Positions 1-8,064 of a DNA stretch of 49,184 nt are shown one piece after another. Positions within the stretch are counted from its first letter, which is position 1, and each line of letters starts with the position of its first letter. The stretch lies in contig CAZHCJ010000004.1 in assembly GCA_964530945.1 (NCBI GenBank), positions 1 through 49,184 on the forward strand, read 5' to 3'. Source of the DNA: Candidatus Woesearchaeota archaeon (GTDB lineage Archaea; Nanobdellota; Nanobdellia; Pacearchaeales; GW2011-AR1). The position numbers and the translations under genes are program-made. The notes beneath the pieces were generated by a model. The model was given only the letters and a program-made list of their open reading frames with translations, did no database searches and had not been told where the DNA came from.

Positions 1-194
1 TTCTATGTTCATCATCTCTTAATTTAAATTCTCCTAATTTTGTAGCTGTTTTAACTTTATTTATATTCATAAAAAAAGCAGGTTTTCTGAACTTAAAAAA
101 CTATCTAAAAAGACCAATTAAGGTAACAATGTAGACTTGCCGAAATATTTATAAACCTAAATTTTTTTAGTTAAACACTTGAAACATTTAATCG

Positions 195-283
195 TAAAAC
201 AATAAAAATGGCTAAAGAAAACTTGATGTTTTCTAACACCATTTTAAACAAAACAATAAAACAATAAAAATGGCTAAAGAAAA
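195..283 (+). repeat. 27-bp direct repeat of the tuf start region (195-221, 257-283) with a hairpin element at 212-239
   Basis: TAAAACAATAAAAATGGCTAAAGAAAA occurs twice, 62 bp apart; hairpin AGAAAAC-TTGAT-GTTTTCT. Confidence 0.9.
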
Positions 284-1556
284 ACCAAACATGAACGTTG
301 TCTTTGTCGGACACGTTGACGCAGGAAAATCCACAATTGTCGGAAGGACTCTCTTTGATAGCGGTGCTGTTCCTGAGCAAGAAATGAAGAAACTTAAAGA
401 AGAAGCTGACAAGCACGGTAAATCAGGATTTGAGTTTGCGTACATTATGGACAAGATTAAAGAAGAGCGTGAACGCGGAGTTACTATTGATTTAGCTTAT
501 AAGAAAATTCTAACAGATAAATACGAAATCACAATTATTGATGCACCTGGACACAGAGACTTTGTTAAGAACATGATTACTGGTGCAAGTCAAGCAGATG
601 CTGCTTTCTTGGTTATTGCGGCTCCAGCAGGAGTTCAACCTCAAACCACAGAACACTTATGGTTGTTGAGAACTGCGGGCGTTAAGCAGATCGCAATTGC
701 TATTAACAAGATGGATGCTGTAGATTACAAAGAAGACAAATTTAATAGTGTAAAAGAAGAAGTTACAAAATTACTTAAAGGGGTTGGAATGAAAGCTGAA
801 GAAATCCCATTCATTGCTTGCTCCGGATTAAAAGGAGATAATGTTTTCAAAAAATCAGAGAATATGCCTTGGTATAAGGGCGCGACAATAAAAGAGCAGT
901 TTGACACATTCCCTGAACCTAAATTGCCTACTGACTTGCCAATGAGAATGCCTGTTCAGGATGTTTATGAAATCACAGGGATTGGAACTGTGCCTGTAGG
1001 AAAAGTTGTTACAGGGATTATGAAAATAGGACAAAAAGTTAAGGTATTGCCAGGGAGAACTGGAAAAGGAATTGATGGAGAGGTTAAAACCATAGAAGCT
1101 CACCATGAACAACTTCAACAAGCTGATGCCGGAGATAATGTTGGAATCAATGTAAGAGGAGTAGGTAAGAAAGACATCGCTCGTGGAGATGTTATTTGTG
1201 CAGCTGACAACCCTGTTCCTGTTGTCGAAGAATTTACTGCCACAATCACAGTTATTAATCATCCAACTGTTTTGGCTAAAGGATACACTCCTGTGTTCCA
1301 TGTACATACAGCTCAAGTACCGTGCCAAATAGTAGATATTGTAGCAAAAATTAATCCTGCTTCAGGAGAAGTTATTGAGGAAAGCCCAGACTTTTTGAAA
1401 AATGGGGAGAGCGCAAAGGTTAAAATTAAGCCACAAGGTAACTTATGCCTTGAGACAGTTAAAGAAAATCCTTCAATGGCAAGATTCTCTATTAGAGATG
1501 CGGGGCAAACCGTTGCTGCCGGAGTTTGCAACGAAATCACAAAGAAGAAAGAGTAA
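270..1556 (+). CDS. tuf: Translation elongation factor EF-1 alpha
   Basis: GHVDAGKST, ERERGVTI, DAPGHRDFVKNMITGASQAD and NKMD motifs; 428 aa. Confidence 0.98.
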   Translation: MAKEKPNMNVVFVGHVDAGKSTIVGRTLFDSGAVPEQEMKKLKEEADKHGKSGFEFAYIMDKIKEERERGVTIDLAYKKILTDKYEITIIDAPGHRDFVKNMITGASQADAAFLVIAAPAGVQPQTTEHLWLLRTAGVKQIAIAINKMDAVDYKEDKFNSVKEEVTKLLKGVGMKAEEIPFIACSGLKGDNVFKKSENMPWYKGATIKEQFDTFPEPKLPTDLPMRMPVQDVYEITGIGTVPVGKVVTGIMKIGQKVKVLPGRTGKGIDGEVKTIEAHHEQLQQADAGDNVGINVRGVGKKDIARGDVICAADNPVPVVEEFTATITVINHPTVLAKGYTPVFHVHTAQVPCQIVDIVAKINPASGEVIEESPDFLKNGESAKVKIKPQGNLCLETVKENPSMARFSIRDAGQTVAAGVCNEITKKKE

Positions 1557-1705
1557 TTTTAAGATAATTTTTATTATAGATATTCAGGTAGTTAATTTTG
1601 GTTTTTTATGAATATTTAATATCATTTATTCTAGAACTTCTAAATCTAGGAATATGAACGCTTAGAACCAACAATCCTTAAATAAGGTTATACTTTTTAT
1701 TTACC

Positions 1706-2266
1706 ATGTTAAAGCCAGGAATGTCTAAAAGCGAAATTGAAAAAGCCATTGAAGATAAAGGAGATTTTGTTAAAATAGATTGGCTTACTAGGTTTCTTAA
1801 AAAAGGTTCGCCGTCAAGAGACATCAGAATTTTTGTTTATCAGAAACTTGCGGAAATTTACGAGAAGAAATTCCTGTATGGAGAAGCTGCCGAGGCATAT
1901 GAAAATATTGGAATGAATATGATAAGATATACTGATAAAATAAAGTATTATATGAAAGAGGCTGAAATCTGGATTTTAAAAGGAGAATTTGAAAAAACAG
2001 ATAAAGCACTTAGGCGCGCATTGAACGAGGCTAATGCCGCGCAAAAGAAGGAAATTTACTCTGAGATGAAAAATCTTTATCTTACACAAGCTAAAAAATA
2101 TGAAAAGAATATGAAAACACATAATGCCCTAAGGATATATGAAAAGCTTAATCAGATGGGCTTGGAGGATTCAGAAAGACGGGAGGTTAGAGAAAAACTC
2201 ATTGAATTGTATGAAAAATTTGGAAAGTTCAAGGATGCCGAAAAAATTAGAAATTTGATGGGTTAA
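1706..2266 (+). CDS. TPR/alpha-helical repeat protein
   Basis: Helical repeats of the LAEIYEK...EAAEAYE type; TATA-like box upstream. Confidence 0.7.
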   Translation: MLKPGMSKSEIEKAIEDKGDFVKIDWLTRFLKKGSPSRDIRIFVYQKLAEIYEKKFLYGEAAEAYENIGMNMIRYTDKIKYYMKEAEIWILKGEFEKTDKALRRALNEANAAQKKEIYSEMKNLYLTQAKKYEKNMKTHNALRIYEKLNQMGLEDSERREVREKLIELYEKFGKFKDAEKIRNLMG

Positions 2267-2607
2267 GCCGCAAGAGTTTTTCTTTTATTATAGTCTAAAA
2301 CTATCCATCCATAATCTCCAGAAATCCCTGATCCTACCACTCTTGAACCTTTCTTACCATATTCAAAAGCTTCTCTCATTTTCTCATCTTTTAAATCATA
2401 AACTCTTGAAGAAGTGTTGCTTGAAAAATCCCATGAAAGAATTTTTCCTGGAAGCTCTAAAAAATCAAAAAAACCTTCTGCATCCTCATCCCTAAAACTT
2501 GCCCCGAGACCAAACCAATCTTCCATATGGGGCTCATACCTCACAGCATCAACTAATTGTGAAACAGAAAGTCTTCTCATTTCTTCTCTCCTATCTTTTT
2601 CTTCCAT
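2263..2607 (-). CDS. Hypothetical protein
   Basis: 114-aa ATG ORF with upstream TATA-like box; no recognised motif. Confidence 0.6.
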   Translation of the reverse strand: MEEKDRREEMRRLSVSQLVDAVRYEPHMEDWFGLGASFRDEDAEGFFDFLELPGKILSWDFSSNTSSRVYDLKDEKMREAFEYGKKGSRVVGSGISGDYGWIVLDYNKRKTLAA

Positions 2608-2823
2608 TTTTAGTAAAAGTTTAAGTGTTTTATAAAAATTATTGCGTTTTAGAATAACTTACCCAAAAAGCTTAAAAAGCATGTAAATCTTAAAAGGTTA
2701 GTAGAAAAGTATCACTGCATTATCACATTCACACTTATTATTTGTGTAAAATCTACTTGACGCTCCAAGGAGTGGTGGGTTTATTAGATATTTTTCTATG
2801 TAATTAAATTGAATGGAGGAAAA

Positions 2824-2851
2824 ACAATGAAAATTGAAAATTTTCAAGCAT
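2824..2851 (+). repeat. 28-bp hairpin element (dnaG leader copy)
   Basis: ACAATGAAAA-TTGAAAA-TTTTCAAGCAT; arms identical to the copy at 7999-8026 (minus strand). Confidence 0.85.
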
Positions 2852-2875
2852 TTGAATCCCAAAAGGAAATCAAAA

Positions 2876-4042
2876 ATGGCTAAAATAAGTCCTGCATCTA
2901 TCAAGTATATGATACATGCAACATTTAGAATAGAAGGCGCACTAGAAAAGCCAGATGTAATCGGAGCCATATTCGGGCAAACTGAAGGTTTACTTGGAAG
3001 CGATTTGGAAATGCGTGAATTGCAAAAAGAAGGAAAAATAGGTAGAATAGAAGTTGAACTCGAAAGAAACAAGAGAATAACTACCGGAACAATAAAAGTT
3101 CCTACCGCTCTAGACCAATCTGAGACAACGCTTATTGCTGCTGCTTTGGAAACCATAGAAAAAATGGGTCCTGCAGATTCTCAAATAGAGATAGAAAGAA
3201 TTGAAGATGTTCGTGGCAGTAAAAGAGACTATATTATTGAAAGAGCAAAGAAACTGATGGGAAACATTAGTTCTGAAACAGATTCTAGAGAGATAAGCAA
3301 AGAAATCAAAGAATCTGTTAAGACCTCAGCAATACAAAAATATGGTAAGGAAAATTTGCCTGCCGGAGATATTTCTAGCAAGGAAATAGTGGTTGTTGAA
3401 GGGCGTGCAGATGTCTTAAACCTTTTGCGAGCAGGTGTTGAGAACGCAATAGGAATGAACGGAACAAAGCTTCCTGATGCTGTAAGAGATCTGACAAAAG
3501 AGAAAGAAACAACTTTATTTGTTGATGGCGATAGGGGAGGAAAGCTTATTGTTAAAAATGTTGTAGACAACGCAGAAATTGATTATATCGCTTTTGCTCC
3601 GGATGGTAAGGAAGTTGAAGAACTTAGTGGAAAGGAAATCCTTCAATGTTTGAGGAAAAAAATTTCTATTGAAGAATACACTAAAAATGTAAACCGAAAT
3701 AGAAAAAAGTACGATAGAAAAGACCAAAGCAAAAGTGATGAAAAGGCAAAAAAAGTAGAACTTACCAGCGAGCTCAGAAGTAACTTGGAAAAGAAGTTTG
3801 AAGAGAATAAAGGAAGTGGAAAAAGTGTTTTTTTAGATGACTCTCTGAAAGAGTTCAAAAAGGTTTCATCTAAAACAACATCAAGAGTTTTAAGAAAATT
3901 AAGAAGAAAACCTTCTATCATCGTGATTGACGGGACTGCAACAAAGAATATTCTTGAATCTGCTGAAGAAGCCGGTACGAGTATTGTTGTAGCAAAGACT
4001 TTCACTTCTACAGATGCAAATTTAGAACTATTGAGTTTTTAA
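2876..4042 (+). CDS. dnaG: Archaeal DnaG-type primase / exosome-associated TOPRIM protein
   Basis: KPDVIGAIFGQTEGLLG..LE.RELQK.GKIGRI; TOPRIM VVVEGRADV and DGDRGG; start moved to ATG 2876 (MAKISP). Confidence 0.95.
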   Translation: MAKISPASIKYMIHATFRIEGALEKPDVIGAIFGQTEGLLGSDLEMRELQKEGKIGRIEVELERNKRITTGTIKVPTALDQSETTLIAAALETIEKMGPADSQIEIERIEDVRGSKRDYIIERAKKLMGNISSETDSREISKEIKESVKTSAIQKYGKENLPAGDISSKEIVVVEGRADVLNLLRAGVENAIGMNGTKLPDAVRDLTKEKETTLFVDGDRGGKLIVKNVVDNAEIDYIAFAPDGKEVEELSGKEILQCLRKKISIEEYTKNVNRNRKKYDRKDQSKSDEKAKKVELTSELRSNLEKKFEENKGSGKSVFLDDSLKEFKKVSSKTTSRVLRKLRRKPSIIVIDGTATKNILESAEEAGTSIVVAKTFTSTDANLELLSF

Positions 4043-4073
4043 AACTCAATAGTCTTTTATTTTTATATTTGAA

Positions 4074-4331
4074 ATGGAAATTAAAGAAATTTTAAAGATT
4101 GCTAAGGGGAAAGGTATTCGTTGTGAACTAGATGGGAAAGAAGTTAAAGTATTTGTTGAGAGAAATCTTGAATTAAAAATATATCCTAAAACAAGAACGG
4201 CAGAATTTTTAGAAATTGATTACGAGTGGAGTGAATTGGAGCACGCTGTAAGGAATAGATATTCCGAATACCCTGAGATGGTTGTTTTAACAGATTTATT
4301 AAACGCTGGAGGATATGATATTATATGGTAA
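4074..4331 (+). CDS. Hypothetical protein
   Basis: 85-aa ORF overlapping the start of the next gene. Confidence 0.6.
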   Translation: MEIKEILKIAKGKGIRCELDGKEVKVFVERNLELKIYPKTRTAEFLEIDYEWSELEHAVRNRYSEYPEMVVLTDLLNAGGYDIIW

Positions 4332-5116
4332 TAAAAATAGGTCCTTCTGGTTTAGGAGGTGTTAAAGAAGCTGTTGCAAAACTTGAACGTTATCACAAGC
4401 TTGGATTTAAAGCGTGTGAAATAGCGTTTACCTATGGAGTATATATTAAAGAAGAACGTGATGCCCTGGAAATAGGGGCTAAAGCTAAAGAACTTGGGAT
4501 AGATTTAACAATTCATGGACAATACTGGATTAATCTTAACTCCAATGATGAAGAAAAGATAGAAAAAAGTAAGGAACGCATTCTTAAATGTTTGAAAGTA
4601 GGAACTTGGTTGAGTGCAAAACGGGTCATATTCCATCCGGGCTTTTATAGCAAAATGAGTCCAGAAGAAACTTATGAAAACATAAAATCCAACATTTTAG
4701 ATATAATGAAAACAGCTAAAACAAAAGGTTACACTCCAAAACTTGCCCCTGAAATTATGGGCAAAGTAAATGTTTTTGGTAGTATTGACGAAATCTTTAA
4801 ACTGAAAAAAGAAACTGGTTGTGACATGTGCATAGATTTCGCGCATATTTTGGCAAGATATAAAGAATACAAATTTGATGAGACTTTAAACAAAGTTAAA
4901 AAAGCGAAAATGGACAATATCCATATCCATTTCTCAGGAATTGTTTATGGAGAAAAAGGTGAGAAAAAACACAAACAAGCGACCCAAAAAGAGTGGGAAA
5001 TGTTATTAAATAAGTTAAATAAGAACGTTCCCGAATTAGAAATAACTGTCATCAGTGAGAGTCCAAACCCTATAAAAGATGCAAGTCTTGCAAACAAGAT
5101 TTTTAGTAAGATTTGA
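4325..5116 (+). CDS. Endonuclease IV-like (AP endonuclease 2) TIM-barrel protein
   Basis: HGQYWINLNS, FHPG, APEIMGK, CIDFAH and HIHFSG metal-ligand motifs. Confidence 0.88.
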   Translation: MVIKIGPSGLGGVKEAVAKLERYHKLGFKACEIAFTYGVYIKEERDALEIGAKAKELGIDLTIHGQYWINLNSNDEEKIEKSKERILKCLKVGTWLSAKRVIFHPGFYSKMSPEETYENIKSNILDIMKTAKTKGYTPKLAPEIMGKVNVFGSIDEIFKLKKETGCDMCIDFAHILARYKEYKFDETLNKVKKAKMDNIHIHFSGIVYGEKGEKKHKQATQKEWEMLLNKLNKNVPELEITVISESPNPIKDASLANKIFSKI

Positions 5117-5155
5117 ATTTAGAGAGTTAAAAATATTCAGACAGCGACGCTATTT

Positions 5156-5205
5156 ACTGTATGTTACTCACACATGGTTGTTTCAAACTGAATGTGACTC
5201 ACACA
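5156..5205 (+). promoter_or_regulatory. Tandem 19-bp operator-like repeat upstream of the TATA box at ~5247-5254
   Basis: ACTGTATGTTACTCACACA (5156-5174) and ACTGAATGTGACTCACACA (5187-5205); core palindrome TGTGA-C-TCACA. Confidence 0.55.
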
Positions 5206-5319
5206 CAGTACCATTGTAACTTCATAATTACGACAATACCATAAAGTTTATAAACACACTCCAAGTTGTTTTTATACATGGAAACAAAGTTTCCCGAATT
5301 AAATAAAAACAGACGCAAA

Positions 5320-6561
5320 ATGGATATGAAAAGAATATTGGTTTCTTTTCTGATAGTGGCAAGTTTTGTTTTGCTTACCTCTGTTGCAAGCGTAAGTGCT
5401 TCACCTATCGCAACCGGAGATACTTTTACAAGTGTTGAGGTTGATGGAATTCAATTAGGTGCTAGTGGAAATCCCGCAATAACTGCTGGAGAATCTATTA
5501 GAGTTAGAGTGGAATTTGACGCTGCTGTAAACGCACAAGACGTTACATTGGAAGTAGAACTTGAAACTAGCGATGAAGATCCTGAAGCTGAAACTCGTCC
5601 TTTTGTCATTGAATCTGGCAATTCTTATGCTAGAACTTTGATGTTGGATGTGCCTGTAGACCTTGACGATGAGCTTAGTGATTTTGTTACTCTCAATATA
5701 GAGATTAGCAATGATGGCTATAGCACTGAAGAAAGCTACACTTTGAGGCTTCAAAGGGAATCTTACAAAACAGACTTACAGTCTGTGAGAGTTCCTCAAA
5801 CTGTTGATGCAGGAAAAACTTTCCCTGTAGATATAGTTTTAGAGAACATCGGTTACAACGATCTTGAAGATGTGTATGTAACTGCAAGTATCCCTGCATT
5901 AGGAATTGAACGTACTGAATTTTTCGGAGATATCGTTGCAATAGAATGTGACGACTCATATAACTCTGAAAAAAACTATGGTGTTGACATCGAAAGAAAG
6001 TGTAATGAAGATGATGAAGATACTGTTGTAGGAAAGCTTTTCCTTAATGTGCCTTTCGATGCGGAATCTGGACTATATGCTCTTGACGTAAGTGTTGAAA
6101 ACGATGACACTTTCTCAAGCAAAACAGTCCAAGTTAAGATAGATAACGCATTTTCTGGAGGAAACTTCATTGTTTCAGGTAGCCAACTTCTAATCGTTAA
6201 CCCTACAAACGATGTTGTTGTTTACAGACTTGTTCCGGTGAATACTGCAAGCACAAGTGTTAGCTTAAGTGAAGGCCTTGTTGCCGTACCTGCTGGTTCA
6301 AGCAAGATGGTTTCTACAAGTGCCAGTTCTTCTCTTGGAGATACATTTACATACTCTGTAAATGTTTTCAGCTCTGACGGAAAGCTTGTTGACGCAGTTC
6401 AATTTACAAGCACTTCTGATGGAAGAAATGACGCCACTTCAAACCCAATTGTTGTACTTACAATTATACTTGCAATCATCTTCGTGGTGTTGCTTGTTGT
6501 ATTGATAGTATTGATTGGAAAGAAACCTAAACAAGAAGACTTCGGCGAAAGTTATTACTAA
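5320..6561 (+). CDS. Secreted, C-terminally anchored acidic surface (S-layer-like/Ig-like) protein
   Basis: Signal peptide MKRILVSFLIVASFVLL, acidic beta-rich body, C-terminal TM helix; start uncertain (5278, 5320 or 5326). Confidence 0.75.
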   Translation: MDMKRILVSFLIVASFVLLTSVASVSASPIATGDTFTSVEVDGIQLGASGNPAITAGESIRVRVEFDAAVNAQDVTLEVELETSDEDPEAETRPFVIESGNSYARTLMLDVPVDLDDELSDFVTLNIEISNDGYSTEESYTLRLQRESYKTDLQSVRVPQTVDAGKTFPVDIVLENIGYNDLEDVYVTASIPALGIERTEFFGDIVAIECDDSYNSEKNYGVDIERKCNEDDEDTVVGKLFLNVPFDAESGLYALDVSVENDDTFSSKTVQVKIDNAFSGGNFIVSGSQLLIVNPTNDVVVYRLVPVNTASTSVSLSEGLVAVPAGSSKMVSTSASSSLGDTFTYSVNVFSSDGKLVDAVQFTSTSDGRNDATSNPIVVLTIILAIIFVVLLVVLIVLIGKKPKQEDFGESYY

Positions 6562-6680
6562 CTTTCCCTTATTTTTTATTTTTTATTTTTTCTTTAAATT
6601 TTATTTTTTTAAGAACAAGCTGAAAGTGTGTTAAATTTCTAATATGGTATCACTCTAAAATTATGAAATGTCCTAAATAA

Positions 6681-7292
6681 TCACTCCCCTTCTATCAAAG
6701 GAACAAACCTAAACCCAGAAAATTCTTGGATTTTGTTCTCATTTGTAAAACGCTGTATTTGAAGAATTGAGTTTCGCACTGGCACAACTAAAATGCCTCC
6801 GATTTTAAGCTGTCGGACAAGCTTGCTTGGAATTTCATCGGCCGAGGCACTTACAATAATCCTATCGAAAGGAGCTTTGTCTGGCAAGCCTTTGCTCCCG
6901 TCCCCATGAATGACTTCTATATTGAATTTGTTTTTTAATTCTTCACGAGAACGCTCTGCCAACTCTTCAACGCGTTCAATTCCGTAGAGTTCCGCATTAT
7001 CAAGAATTTCATCAAGCAGAGCTAGAACATAACCCGAACCCGAGCCAACTTCAAGGAGTTTTTGTTTGTTTTTGCTTTCTGGCTCGAGCTTTAAGAGTGA
7101 AAGCATGAAAGCGATTGTGTAAGGCTGACTTATCGTTTGACCTTTGCCTATAGGCAATGCGGTGTCTTCATAAGCCATTGTTTTGGAAATTTTAGGTATG
7201 AACTTTTCGCGCCGGACTTTTTCAAAAGCCTTGACAATTCTTTCAGAGAAACCTTGTTGTTTTAAACTACGTATAAGTTCTTCTTTGTTCAT
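6681..7292 (-). CDS. pcm: Protein-L-isoaspartate O-methyltransferase
   Basis: AYEDTALPIG.GQTISQP, LEVGSGSGY, APFDRI, FVPL. Confidence 0.95.
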   Translation of the reverse strand: MNKEELIRSLKQQGFSERIVKAFEKVRREKFIPKISKTMAYEDTALPIGKGQTISQPYTIAFMLSLLKLEPESKNKQKLLEVGSGSGYVLALLDEILDNAELYGIERVEELAERSREELKNKFNIEVIHGDGSKGLPDKAPFDRIIVSASADEIPSKLVRQLKIGGILVVPVRNSILQIQRFTNENKIQEFSGFRFVPLIEGE

Positions 7293-7333
7293 ATAAATAT
7301 AAAGAAAACTTTATTTAAAAATTTTAAACAAAA

Positions 7334-7750
7334 TTAGTTATCAAAATCTTTCAAACTAATGACATTTGGTATTTTTACCAACTTTCTATCTGCCGTAATT
7401 AATTCCGTTTTGTGTGTTTGTGCTAGCGCCACATATAAGGCATCATAGATTGTTATGTCGTATTTTGCAGAGTTTTTAATTGCTTTTGATAATAGGTCTT
7501 CGTATAGATTGGTTATTTTAAGATTTAATCCGAAAACATTTTTATTAACTCTTACAAGTTCATTTTCATCTTGTTTACCATATCTGAGAGCATTTGATAT
7601 CTCTAAAAATATTAGGCTCGGTGCCATTAGTTTTAATTCTTCATTCAAAAATAAATTTTTTAAATTTCTGGCTTTATCAGAATTCTCTTCATTAAGAAAC
7701 CATTTAACAGCAACAGAGGCGTCTATTACTAATGTCTTTTGTCTCTCCAT
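7334..7750 (-). CDS. vapC: PIN-domain VapC-family toxin
   Basis: VIDASVAVKW, E.SNAL, TIYDALYVALA, LITAD. Confidence 0.9.
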   Translation of the reverse strand: MERQKTLVIDASVAVKWFLNEENSDKARNLKNLFLNEELKLMAPSLIFLEISNALRYGKQDENELVRVNKNVFGLNLKITNLYEDLLSKAIKNSAKYDITIYDALYVALAQTHKTELITADRKLVKIPNVISLKDFDN

Positions 7751-7974
7751 TCTCTTATTATTTGGGTACTATCTTTTTCGCTGTCAAAAATACCAGATTT
7801 TCTAATTTTATCTATATCTTCGCTAGCTTTTCTTCTCTTTTCCATTTTTTTCTGATCTTCTAGTGTTTCAACTATGGCATTCCTTAATATAACACTCCAA
7901 TTTATTTCTTCACGAGATTTCATTTTTTCTTTCAAATTTTTGCTAACCCTTAAAGAAATTACTTCATCTTTCAT
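7729..7974 (-). CDS. RHH-type VapB antitoxin
   Basis: VISLRV...INWSVILR..I pattern and IIREWRD tail; overlaps the vapC start. Confidence 0.8.
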   Translation of the reverse strand: MKDEVISLRVSKNLKEKMKSREEINWSVILRNAIVETLEDQKKMEKRRKASEDIDKIRKSGIFDSEKDSTQIIREWRDKRH

Positions 7975-7998
7975 TGTATTAAATTTTCATAAATTTAA

Positions 7999-8026
7999 AT
8001 GCTTGAAAATTCTTGATTTTCATTGT
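7999..8026 (-). repeat. 28-bp hairpin element (antitoxin leader copy)
   Basis: Minus strand ACAATGAAAA-TCAAGAA-TTTTCAAGCAT; TACAATGAAA duplicated at 8018-8027 and 7969-7978. Confidence 0.85.
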
Positions 8027-8041
8027 AATACATGTAATACA
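8024..8041. promoter_or_regulatory. Probable antitoxin operator
   Basis: Tandem palindromic TGTAATACA-TGTAATACA just downstream of the minus-strand TATA box. Confidence 0.5.
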
Positions 8042-8064
8042 TTTAGATATATAAACCTTTCTAG

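Noticed and set aside
855-1328. Antisense and nested ORFs in the track (this one and similar ones within dnaG, smc, ileS, argS and the surface genes)
   Set aside because: Shadow frames of well-supported genes with no motifs of their own.
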